Assembly: GCA_043797205.1 (NCBI GenBank)
Contig: JAZDQB010000028.1
Location: 4,144-68,143 of the forward strand
DNA: 64,000 nt
DNA from: Candidatus Woesearchaeota archaeon
Lineage (GTDB): Archaea; Nanobdellota; Nanobdellia; Woesearchaeales; GW2011-AR9
Reading direction: 5' to 3'
Part shown: in pieces, positions 19,281 to 27,455 of the stretch
How the letters are laid out: each line of letters begins with the position of its first letter
Numbering within the stretch: the stretch's first letter is position 1
Position numbers and translations under genes: made by a program
Notes under the pieces: model-generated
What the model was told of the DNA's origin: nothing
The model's input: the letters and a program-made list of their open reading frames with translations, nothing else
Database searches by the model: none

Positions 19281-20087
19281 TTATCCTTTATATTGTTTTC
19301 TCAAATCACGACGTACTGCAGCTTCGTATTGCTTACGAACTGCTTCAGGAACGAATCTTTGTGAAGAAGCAAAAACCGTATTTAAGACCGTTTCTAAACT
19401 AGGAACAGTTCCTTTTTGCACTTCGCGCCCTGCGGGCGCACTCTCACCTACGACGCCTATCCGACGTACCCCGAGAAAACGGGCATTGCCGTTGAGAACG
19501 TAGTCGCCAACAAGGTTGCTGCCATGGCCGTAGCCCAAGACCAGCAAGCGCCCGCGAGGTTCTTCCGCCAGATCATCGCTATGCCAAATCCCAATATTGT
19601 CTCCATAAACTTTACGATGTTTAGCTAAATATCTCTTGGCAATATCTTCTCCACCTAAAAAAGGAATGGTTTGGGGATGCTCTAAAGCCGCATCAACAGA
19701 AATAACTTCAGAAGTAGATCTCTTCAAAACATCATAATCAACTTTGAAAACTTTACCATCGTCAATACGACCAGCTAAAGCATCAAATTCTTCTTGAGGA
19801 AAAGGTCCGGCACCATTTCGATGATGTTCTCGAGCATATTTTAGTTGTTCTGAATCATTCCAAGAAGTTTGGTCCTGAACGTAAAGAACGATCTTGCTGC
19901 CCCCTTTAGTAGTTCCCGTAATTCTTAAACTAGGAGTAGTCCACCAATTGGTAAACAAGTAGCTGTCATTCTTAGCTTTGATTCTTTTTTCAGCCAGTTC
20001 GGGCATATAAACAGCATCGTGAGCAACTTGACAAGCACGCAGAGCTTCTTCCATTATAGCATTGTAAAAAGGTTGATTTTTATTCAT
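19281..20087 (-). CDS. DGR target (variable) protein, probable CLec-like fold
   Basis: Contains VR GRLLVLGYGHGSNLVGDYVLNGNARFLGV; no signal peptide. Confidence 0.93.
   Translation of the reverse strand: MNKNQPFYNAIMEEALRACQVAHDAVYMPELAEKRIKAKNDSYLFTNWWTTPSLRITGTTKGGSKIVLYVQDQTSWNDSEQLKYAREHHRNGAGPFPQEEFDALAGRIDDGKVFKVDYDVLKRSTSEVISVDAALEHPQTIPFLGGEDIAKRYLAKHRKVYGDNIGIWHSDDLAEEPRGRLLVLGYGHGSNLVGDYVLNGNARFLGVRRIGVVGESAPAGREVQKGTVPSLETVLNTVFASSQRFVPEAVRKQYEAAVRRDLRKQYKG
19425..19439 (-). promoter_or_regulatory. GC-rich DNA hairpin downstream of VR (putative DGR homing element)
   Basis: GCGCCC-GCA-GGGCGC about 27 nt 3' of the VR/IMH. Confidence 0.75.
19467..19555 (-). repeat. DGR variable repeat (VR) incl. 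IMH-like CGGGGT
   Basis: 14 mismatches in the 85-bp core, all opposite TR adenines (10 A>G, 4 A>T), plus 2 A>G in the IMH. Confidence 0.97.
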
Positions 20088-20312
20088 TGTTTCACCGAAG
20101 CTAACAAAAAGGGAGGTAATATTTAAATGTTTTGCTACTTTAAAGTTGTAATCCAGAAAGGAGCTGTTGGGAAAAAGCCACTACCCACTGGTCACAAGAA
20201 ATAAGAAAACTATCTTATTTCTGTGCAGAAATGAAGAGTTCCCCTTCATTTCTTGCAAGTCCGGCTAAGGTATATAAACCACCTCTTCTTTAAGCTTAAT
20301 CAGGTGGTTGAA

Positions 20313-20705
20313 ATGGAAAACGCTTTAGCCGTATTTGAAGGTAAGAAAATTAGAAAAACTTGGCATAATAATGAATGGTGGTTTGTAATCGAAGATGTAG
20401 TTCAAGCTTTGACCGATTCTAATGACCCTAAGCAGTATATCAATAAAATGAGACAAAGAGATGAAATTTTGTCTCAAGGGTGGGTACAAATTGTACATAC
20501 CTTTTTGGTAGATACTTCTGGTGGTAAGCAGAATATGAATTGTTCTAATACAGAAGGATTATTTCGTATAATCCAGTCTATTCCTTCTATAAAAGTTGAA
20601 CCTTTCAAATTATGGTTAGCTAAAGTGGGTTATGAACGTGTTCAAGAGATTCAGAATCCGGAATTAGCTCAAGATAAAGTTAAACGATATCCATTATTTT
20701 GTTAA
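20313..20705 (+). CDS. Bro-N domain protein, apparently C-terminally truncated
   Basis: FEGKKIRK..EWWFVIEDVV and FRIIQSIPS.KVEPFKLWLAKVGYER; ends abruptly after 130 aa. Confidence 0.75.
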   Translation: MENALAVFEGKKIRKTWHNNEWWFVIEDVVQALTDSNDPKQYINKMRQRDEILSQGWVQIVHTFLVDTSGGKQNMNCSNTEGLFRIIQSIPSIKVEPFKLWLAKVGYERVQEIQNPELAQDKVKRYPLFC

Positions 20706-20714
20706 TTACAACTA

Positions 20715-20861
20715 GAAAAAAGAGGTAAGGTCAGAACTCTTAACAAAAACTTTTCCCTTTGAACAAGGTCGTCAGACTCCTACCTAAAAGTTTTTTGTGA
20801 GTTCTGCCAAACTACCTCCTTTTCCGAATACTCTAGGCTTTAATGCTTGAAAAGCTTAGAG
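20715..20861 (+). promoter_or_regulatory. Long imperfect inverted repeat plus SD-overlapping hairpin upstream of endonuclease
   Basis: Arms 20715-20754/20786-20824; ctctaggcttt/aaagcttagag at 20831-20861 overlaps GAGGTGA. Confidence 0.6.
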
Positions 20862-20870
20862 GTGAAATAA

Positions 20871-21503
20871 ATGGAAAATAAATTAAAATTAGCAGAAATC
20901 GTTGGAATAATGCTTGGTGACGGATGTTTGTATAAAGAAAAGCGACGTAATCGTTATCAAACAACTATTTGTTTTCATAAAAAAGAAACAGATTACTTAA
21001 GTCATGTTAAGATACTATTTGAAGATTATTTTAAATACAAATTTTACGTAACTGAAATAGCGCATGAAATGTTGCTTAGAAACGGTAGTTTAGTAGTAGG
21101 AGAAAAGTTAATCAGCTTTGGATTATATCCTGGAAGTAAGATTGATAACAAAGTAGTAATCCCTTCTTGGATATTTAGTAATAAAGAATTCATTAAAAGA
21201 ACAGTGAGAGGACTTTTTGATACGGATGGATGCGTTTACAAGAAATATGATAGATATGCTCAGATTGTCTTTAAATTTGGATGCAAAGAAACTACTAACT
21301 CTTTAAGAGAAGCTATAATTATTTTGGGTTTTAATCCAACTAAAACCGAGAAGGGATATAATAAAGCGAAGCACACCTTTTTTCATAAATTCTATCTATC
21401 CAGACAAGGTGAAATTAAGAAGTTCTTTCAAAAGATAGAACCAAAAAATCCAAAGCATGTTAAAAGGTATGAGAAAATAAGAGGTGGGGACGCCGCGATT
21501 TGA
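20871..21503 (+). CDS. Free-standing double-motif LAGLIDADG endonuclease
   Basis: LAEIVGIMLGDGC and VRGLFDTDGC motifs. Confidence 0.88.
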   Translation: MENKLKLAEIVGIMLGDGCLYKEKRRNRYQTTICFHKKETDYLSHVKILFEDYFKYKFYVTEIAHEMLLRNGSLVVGEKLISFGLYPGSKIDNKVVIPSWIFSNKEFIKRTVRGLFDTDGCVYKKYDRYAQIVFKFGCKETTNSLREAIIILGFNPTKTEKGYNKAKHTFFHKFYLSRQGEIKKFFQKIEPKNPKHVKRYEKIRGGDAAI

Positions 21504-21658
21504 ACGCGGATCCGAAGCTAGCTTCAGGAAAGTTTTGTCATCGCCGAAGCTCAACTCTCCAATTCTGGAGGCTCCTATTTTGGTCAGTGACTTTTAAATC
21601 ACTTCTAGCCAAGATGCACCCAGATGCCGCAAGGCAATGTGGATTATACTACGTCCCC
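21485..21658 (-). tRNA. tRNA-Trp(CCA) with three introns (~21614-21643, ~21580-21604, 21520-21564)
   Basis: Acceptor GGGGACG/CGTCCCC, anticodon stem GGAGC/GCTTC with CT-CCA-G, T arm CCGCG-TTCAAAT-CGCGG; inserts bounded by BHB-like motifs. Confidence 0.85.
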
Positions 21659-21713
21659 ACAATCTACAAAACAAGAGAATTGTTTATTAAGTTTTTGCTC
21701 TTTTTACTCAAAA

Positions 21714-22802
21714 ATGATCGAATTAGACGGATCTCATGGAGAAGGCGGCGGTGCCCTAGTTCGAGTAGCTCTTGCTCTCAGCACCCTCACCGAACAAGAA
21801 TTTAAAGTAACCAACATCCGTGCCAACCGCCCCGAACCGGGATTAAAAGCACAACATCTGGAAGCGATTAACGCTCTGAAACAGATCTGTGATGCCGAAA
21901 CTAATGAGATTAAGATTGGCACTACAGAATTATATTTCAAACCAGGAAAGATTAAACGCGGAATTTATGAAATAGATATCGGTACCGCCGGCAGCATCAG
22001 CTTAGTATTACAAGCATTAATTCTACCCTGCATGTTCGCTCCGGGAAAAGTGACTTTAAAGATTAAAGGAGGAACTTGCGGTAAATGGCAAGCTTCCGTT
22101 TATTACTTACAAAATATTTTACTTCCCCATCTGCAGAAATTTGTCGATAAGATTGAATTAAAGATCTTCAAGCCCGGATATTATCCGCAAGGAGGAGGAG
22201 AAGTGCAACTGGAAATTACTCCAAGATTTAACATTCGTAAATACCAGTATGTAGAAGATTTCCTGAAAGAATTGAAAGTGCCACGGATTAAATTATTAGA
22301 AGCAGATAAATTAGAGCAAATTCGTGGAGTGGTCAATGTTTCTTCAGAACTGCAAGAAAAAGAGGTAGGTGAAAGAATTAAGAAAACAGCAGAGATGGCT
22401 CTAAGAAAATATGATGTTCCGATAAATGTCCGCTCCGAATACGCCAAAACTCTTAATGTTGGTGGAGAGATAGTATTATGGGCTTTATTCAGTGAAAAAG
22501 GTAAAGTTGATTCGGATAATCAAGTAATTATAGGAGCAGATGCTTTAGTAGAAAAGAACAAGAGTTCTGAACAAGTGGGAAAGGAAGCGACAGAAGCCTT
22601 AAGCAAAGAAATTAATAAAAAGAATGTGACTGACCATTACTTATTAGACCAATTAATTCCTTTTATGGCCTTGCTTCCCGGATCAGAAGTCCAAACCACC
22701 GAAATTAGCGAGCATGCTTATACTAATATGCATGTATGCAAACAATTCGTTCCCATCACCTTTAAAGTGGTTAAGGGAAAGATTAAGGTGGAATTAAGAT
22801 AG
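21714..22802 (+). CDS. rtcA: RNA 3'-terminal phosphate cyclase
   Basis: IELDGSHGEGGG, IRANRPEPGLKAQH, GYYPQGGG and DHYLLDQL. Confidence 0.93.
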   Translation: MIELDGSHGEGGGALVRVALALSTLTEQEFKVTNIRANRPEPGLKAQHLEAINALKQICDAETNEIKIGTTELYFKPGKIKRGIYEIDIGTAGSISLVLQALILPCMFAPGKVTLKIKGGTCGKWQASVYYLQNILLPHLQKFVDKIELKIFKPGYYPQGGGEVQLEITPRFNIRKYQYVEDFLKELKVPRIKLLEADKLEQIRGVVNVSSELQEKEVGERIKKTAEMALRKYDVPINVRSEYAKTLNVGGEIVLWALFSEKGKVDSDNQVIIGADALVEKNKSSEQVGKEATEALSKEINKKNVTDHYLLDQLIPFMALLPGSEVQTTEISEHAYTNMHVCKQFVPITFKVVKGKIKVELR

Positions 22803-22848
22803 AATTTCTCGTAACCTTTATAAAATAGATAAGGTTTAAATCTAAACT

Positions 22849-23019
22849 ATGACTGAAAAAACCTGTATCTCTTGTAAAAAGAGAGTCGTTAACAAAGTAG
22901 GTAGTGTTACTATTAAATGTCCCAAATGCAACAAATACGAATTGGTGCGTTGTGAGAATTGCCGGGCTAACGGAACCAAGTACACTTGCCCTAACTGCGA
23001 TTTTGTGGGACCAAATTAA
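22849..23019 (+). CDS. Small double zinc-finger protein (DUF1610/HVO_2753-like; not in ORF track)
   Basis: MTEKTCISC..CPKC..RCENCR..YTCPNCDFVGPN directly upstream of EF-1beta, the usual archaeal arrangement. Confidence 0.9.
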   Translation: MTEKTCISCKKRVVNKVGSVTIKCPKCNKYELVRCENCRANGTKYTCPNCDFVGPN

Positions 23020-23020
23020 A

Positions 23021-23299
23021 ATGGCTAAAGCAATAATCACTTTTCGACTGATGCCGGAATCTCCCGAAACCGATCGCAAAGAGATTGCCGAAACGGCTCT
23101 GAAGATTGCTAAAGAGAATAAAGCTATCGGACAGATGCAAAGTAAAGAAGATCCCATCGGCTTCGGTATCGTCGCTGTTCTTGTTTTAGCTATGTATGAT
23201 GTGGACAGTTCTGATTTTGAAGCCATTGCCGCCCAGATGAAAGAGATTAAAGGAGTAGAATCAGCCGAAGTTGCTAAGATGGATTTAGCGCTGGGTTAG
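23021..23299 (+). CDS. ef1b: Elongation factor 1-beta
   Basis: LMPESPE, PIGFG and IKGVESAEV; start MAKAII. Confidence 0.93.
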   Translation: MAKAIITFRLMPESPETDRKEIAETALKIAKENKAIGQMQSKEDPIGFGIVAVLVLAMYDVDSSDFEAIAAQMKEIKGVESAEVAKMDLALG

Positions 23300-23310
23300 T
23301 AAAACAGAGA

Positions 23311-24255
23311 TCATAATTTAAGAAGCGTTCTGCGACAATTTTTACAAAGAGGATTATCTTTTGGATGCAAACACCATAACCAAAAATCAGGTTGATACAA
23401 TAATACAAATCCATTATTACGAGCTAACTCAGATGCCCGGGTAGATGTCATGGCTATAGCTAGAGCACTTCCTCGTAAGCATTCATCTTTTAGATTTTGT
23501 ATTAATGAAGTTCCCAAATTAGATTTTTTCTTCCAGAACCTTACACTTAAACCAATATTATTTATATCAAAAGTAGGACAGGGTTGGTTCAAGAAACCAC
23601 CCTTAGGTTTGAAAGTTACTTGCATTCCCGCAAGAACCTCTTCGTCTACACCAATAGCAATTACTTCTCTATCATAATTAGATTCATATCCTCCGCCAAC
23701 TGCCCCTTCGCGAAAGATTTGGATTAATTGTTTTTTTTCTTCAACCGTTTCAACATTTTTAATTCGAAATGGAGGTTTGATTTCTGCAATTTCTCGATAA
23801 ATAATGGAAACACATTCAACTTTAGACTCTTGCAAACAAAACAATAATTGATCGACAAGAGTAATTTCTTTAGAAAGAAGGGTTGTTCTTACTAACCGAT
23901 TCTCATTAAATAATTGGTTTTGTGAGGATAATAAATTATAATAGGCAAAACATAATCTTCTGAAACCAAGTAATTTTGTAGCTTTTTGTTCCGCAAATGA
24001 ATTTAGAAGCTTCTTTTCTTTACTGCTCAAAACAGAAATAGAATCAAAAAGTTTAGATTCACTCACTAGTTTCACTGATTTAAAATATTTTAGTTGATTC
24101 CTTATGATTAGAAGTACATTTAATCTGCTATTCTTCTTATTGGTTGAATACAAAACCTCTTTCTTTGACGCTTTTGTGGATAAGTCGTAAATTACTGTCT
24201 CTAATTTTCTAAAAATCTCTCTTAATTGGGTTTCTTTCTCTAACATTTCGGGCAT
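23311..24255 (-). CDS. Hypothetical protein, possible C-terminal GNAT-like domain
   Basis: FWKKKSNLGTSLI..A..LARNNGF resembles GNAT motifs A/B. Confidence 0.5.
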   Translation of the reverse strand: MPEMLEKETQLREIFRKLETVIYDLSTKASKKEVLYSTNKKNSRLNVLLIIRNQLKYFKSVKLVSESKLFDSISVLSSKEKKLLNSFAEQKATKLLGFRRLCFAYYNLLSSQNQLFNENRLVRTTLLSKEITLVDQLLFCLQESKVECVSIIYREIAEIKPPFRIKNVETVEEKKQLIQIFREGAVGGGYESNYDREVIAIGVDEEVLAGMQVTFKPKGGFLNQPCPTFDINNIGLSVRFWKKKSNLGTSLIQNLKDECLRGSALAIAMTSTRASELARNNGFVLLYQPDFWLWCLHPKDNPLCKNCRRTLLKL

Positions 24256-24335
24256 TATTCAAGAAGGATTATTATTTATATAAATATTACCTAAATAAAG
24301 TTAACGGAAGTAGCCAAGATGAATCTGACACTTGG

Positions 24336-24959
24336 TTAAAAAGAATCAGAAAAAATCTCATTAATCTTATAAATTACTTTATTCTTATTTAAGAATGTCA
24401 TGATTTCCTGGCGATGCTCCATCGGCACCAAAAAAATGGCTTTACCTAATTTTTTTCCGCCTGATTTTTCTATTAGACCTTTGCCAATGTAAATTTTCTT
24501 GCCAACTTTTTGGGTATAACCATAAAGTTTTCTCCAAATCGTCATTTGTTGGTTATTTTTCATCTTTGACACATCAATATTAACTAGTAAATAATATTTA
24601 ATGTTAGGTGGAATCTCTTGATATTTACCATAAAGAAGAATACCTGAACTAATCACTTCCCGATGCAAAGACCACTTTTGTAGCTCCCCCACTTTCAAGG
24701 AAATCTCATTCCTTATCCCCTTTAATCTCCAAATTTTTCCTGCTTGAGAACTCTTAAAGAGAGCCAGATTCTTTTCAACTTCCTTTTCTAAAGTTTCATC
24801 AGCATCAACAAATAAGTCAATATCACTCTCAGCATTAAAATCCCCCCTAGCTACAGACCCAAAGAGAATAATCTTCCTTATTTCCGGCCCAATCTTACTA
24901 TCTAATAAAAAAGAAGAGAAATTGAGTGCATATCCAATTAAATGGTTTTTATTCAACAT
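24336..24959 (-). CDS. Minimal nucleotidyltransferase (MNT) domain protein
   Basis: ILFGSVARG..SDIDLFV. Confidence 0.85.
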   Translation of the reverse strand: MLNKNHLIGYALNFSSFLLDSKIGPEIRKIILFGSVARGDFNAESDIDLFVDADETLEKEVEKNLALFKSSQAGKIWRLKGIRNEISLKVGELQKWSLHREVISSGILLYGKYQEIPPNIKYYLLVNIDVSKMKNNQQMTIWRKLYGYTQKVGKKIYIGKGLIEKSGGKKLGKAIFLVPMEHRQEIMTFLNKNKVIYKINEIFSDSF

Positions 24960-25353
24960 TGAGCATACCTTTTAGAATATTTTCTAAAGTTTCAAACAAA
25001 TGCAAAGCTTCTTCTACTCTCTCTATTGGTCGAGGAGCCCCATAAGAAAGTTTTTCACAAATAATCTCTAACTGAATCATTAAGCTGACAATCTCTTCCT
25101 TCCTTTCAAACTCAGGTAAGCGCCGGAAAACAGTATCGGACTTAAACCAAGCATGATTTAACTGGAACCCTTCTTCTACTTTATTTTGCTGATGCAAATA
25201 AGCAGAGAGTAATTCCGTGATCGCTTTAGAAGCATTATCTCCGATAATTCGCTGCGAGTTCTCTATCCCTCTCACCTCTACCGCCCACTTAAAGATGGTT
25301 TCTTTTCTCTCTTCAAAAGCCTGCAGGTGCATTTCTATTCGCATAACGTTCAT
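24949..25353 (-). CDS. Putative HEPN-like partner of MNT
   Basis: All-helical 134 aa overlapping MNT; EKLSYG motif. Confidence 0.5.
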   Translation of the reverse strand: MNVMRIEMHLQAFEERKETIFKWAVEVRGIENSQRIIGDNASKAITELLSAYLHQQNKVEEGFQLNHAWFKSDTVFRRLPEFERKEEIVSLMIQLEIICEKLSYGAPRPIERVEEALHLFETLENILKGMLNVE

Positions 25354-25419
25354 TTATGTTAGTAACTATATAAATCTTTTGTAAGTAACTTACATAAAAA
25401 TATGTTAGTTAATTACATA
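25354..25419. promoter_or_regulatory. Three palindromic operator-like sites
   Basis: TGTAAGT-A-ACTTACA (25380-25394) plus degenerate copies at about 25354-25373 and 25401-25419. Confidence 0.6.
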
Positions 25420-25460
25420 AAATATTGCTGTTTTAAAAAGTAAATTGAGTTTCTACCGCT

Positions 25461-26225
25461 CTAATCCTTCGCTATTTTCCACATCATTTGAAAGTATTCT
25501 AAAAAGCTTTGCGCAACTTCTTCAGATTTAATATAAATAGAAGTAATTTTCTTACCAAATACAATAATTACAGTCCTATCGCGATAGATATTTATCGCTA
25601 CAGGAGAAGTATGCTCAATATACTTGTTCTTAGTTCCAGGAAATTGTTTGTTAGAGTACAAATCTTCAGTCGTCTTTCTCTGTCTCCTATTAAAGAGCAT
25701 ATGCGTCCTAATTTTCTTTTGCTCACGCAAAATATGAATTTTCCGAAAAAAAGACCATACTGCTTCTTCATCCATTCCTTTAGTTCCACCGATGACATAA
25801 CAAACTTCACCAGATTTAAGCATCTCTACCTGTTCACGAAAGATTATCTCTAATCCTTTCATTCCTAAAAGAATTTCTACTTCCTGCTCCTCTTTAGAAG
25901 AATTAAACAAAGACAAGAGCCCAGGGATGGCTAATTTAGCTTGTTTCTCTAAGGAAGAGATATCTTCTTTTTTCTTTTCCAAATAGTTTAACAATTGGTG
26001 AGGATTGGTAGGCTTAAAATTTTTTATCTTATTCTCGATAAAAGTAGAAGTCAATCCTTTCTCCTGTAATTTCTCTAAAACTTCATAGACTTTTGAACCT
26101 GAAATTCCCGATTCTTTCACGATGTTATTACGAGTCGAAATTCCTAAACTAAGCAGAGCTAAATAGACCTTCTTTTCTGATTCAGTTAATCCTATTTCTT
26201 TCAAGAGTGGTTCAAAGTCTTTCAT
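25461..26225 (-). CDS. TrmB-family transcriptional regulator
   Basis: IGLTESEKKVYLALL..SKVYEVLEKLQEKGL HTH. Confidence 0.88.
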   Translation of the reverse strand: MKDFEPLLKEIGLTESEKKVYLALLSLGISTRNNIVKESGISGSKVYEVLEKLQEKGLTSTFIENKIKNFKPTNPHQLLNYLEKKKEDISSLEKQAKLAIPGLLSLFNSSKEEQEVEILLGMKGLEIIFREQVEMLKSGEVCYVIGGTKGMDEEAVWSFFRKIHILREQKKIRTHMLFNRRQRKTTEDLYSNKQFPGTKNKYIEHTSPVAINIYRDRTVIIVFGKKITSIYIKSEEVAQSFLEYFQMMWKIAKD

Positions 26226-26280
26226 AGGTACCCCTCAGGGGGAGCTAGTATTTAAATATTGCTTTGTTGCTGAAGAAGAG

Positions 26281-26784
26281 ATGGAAAACTTAGAAAAAAA
26301 AGTAAAAGAAAGCTGGATTAAAAGATCTTATCAAAAAGAATGGGTAACGATGGGGAACAACGTAGTTGCGGCTGCCACATCTATAGGTATTACTGCTGTA
26401 GTAACTCATCTCGCTAAAAAATATTTTAATGTTGAATCTGATGAAGCTTTAACCTTGACGGCCACAGTAACAGATTTATCCAGTTATTATATTACTTTAT
26501 TCGGACAATTTCTTTATAGAGATAGAGAAGAATTAAAAGATAGGGAAGATAAACTAAGTTTAAGAAAAGTTGGAAGAAAATTAGGGGAATATGGCAGTTT
26601 CTTTGGGGTTTTGACCGCAGCATATACTGGAGCAAGAGTAGTGGCACAATATGCTTTACAAAAATTAGAAGTAGACCCTGTTGCCGCATCAGTAATAACG
26701 CAGGTAGGCCTTACTGGAATATTTACCGGAATAATGCCCATGCTCCGTTATGGAATTAAGAATTTGTGGTCTTCTGGAGTTTAA
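26281..26784 (+). CDS. Hypothetical membrane protein
   Basis: Four hydrophobic segments. Confidence 0.6.
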   Translation: MENLEKKVKESWIKRSYQKEWVTMGNNVVAAATSIGITAVVTHLAKKYFNVESDEALTLTATVTDLSSYYITLFGQFLYRDREELKDREDKLSLRKVGRKLGEYGSFFGVLTAAYTGARVVAQYALQKLEVDPVAASVITQVGLTGIFTGIMPMLRYGIKNLWSSGV

Positions 26785-26826
26785 ACCGAAAGGTTTAAAT
26801 ATGTGTTAACAAATAGCACACATAAC

Positions 26827-27045
26827 ATGGTAAATATGACTTTATCGATACCGGAAGAAGTACACAAAGAGATGCAATTCCACACCGAAATTAAGTGGAG
26901 TGATGTAGCCAGACAGGCTTTTGAGAAGAAGATTAGGGAACTGCATTGGATGGATAAGCTTCTGGAAAAGAGTACTTTAACCGAAGAAGATGCCGAAAGG
27001 ATCGGTCACAAAATCAAACATGAAATAGCCAAAAGATTCCGATGA
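26827..27045 (+). CDS. Ribbon-helix-helix antitoxin (VapB-like)
   Basis: MVNMTLSIPEE..EIKWSDVARQA; ATGA overlap with the PIN gene. Confidence 0.8.
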   Translation: MVNMTLSIPEEVHKEMQFHTEIKWSDVARQAFEKKIRELHWMDKLLEKSTLTEEDAERIGHKIKHEIAKRFR

Positions 27046-27449
27046 AACTGATCATCAATACCAATAGAATCATGGCGGCTTTAATTAAAGATTCTTTTTC
27101 TAGATATATTATCTTTCATTCCAATTGGGAATTAATCTACTTAACTTTCTCAGAACAAGAGATTGAAAAACACCAAGATGAACTTTTAAAAAAATCAGGG
27201 TTAAACAAGGAGAAATTTGAACTGGTTCTGTCTAAACTAAAGGAGAAGTTTATTCTTCTAAATGATGATTTAATTAAAGGAAATATGATCGAAGCGAGTA
27301 AAATTATGGATGAAGTAGATCCTGACGATACTCCCTTCATCGCTGCGGCTTTAGCTACCGGTTCGGATATTTGGTCAGATGATTCTCATTTTAGTCAACA
27401 AAAGAAAATAAAAGTATGGAAAACCAAAGATTTGATAAAGTTACTTTAA
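27042..27449 (+). CDS. PIN-domain toxin (VapC-like)
   Basis: INTN, DPDDTPFIAAAL and IWSDD. Confidence 0.85.
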   Translation: MKLIINTNRIMAALIKDSFSRYIIFHSNWELIYLTFSEQEIEKHQDELLKKSGLNKEKFELVLSKLKEKFILLNDDLIKGNMIEASKIMDEVDPDDTPFIAAALATGSDIWSDDSHFSQQKKIKVWKTKDLIKLL

Positions 27450-27455
27450 AAAAGA

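Larger units (their letters stand above)
17901..20087 (-). mobile_element. Diversity-generating retroelement cassette (target-VR / spacer / TR / RT)
   Basis: RT plus a TR/VR pair with adenine-only mismatches. Confidence 0.97.

Noticed and set aside
20706..21503. Group I intron or intein hosting the LAGLIDADG gene
   Set aside because: No interrupted host gene, no intein termini and no recognisable P7 core were seen.
21500..21805. 101-aa ORF and the 30-aa N-terminal extension of RtcA
   Set aside because: Both overlap the antisense of tRNA-Trp; rtcA starts at 21714.
22783..23226. Minus-strand 147-aa ORF and the N-terminal extension of the EF-1beta ORF
   Set aside because: These are shadows of the zinc-finger gene (22849-23019) and ef1b.
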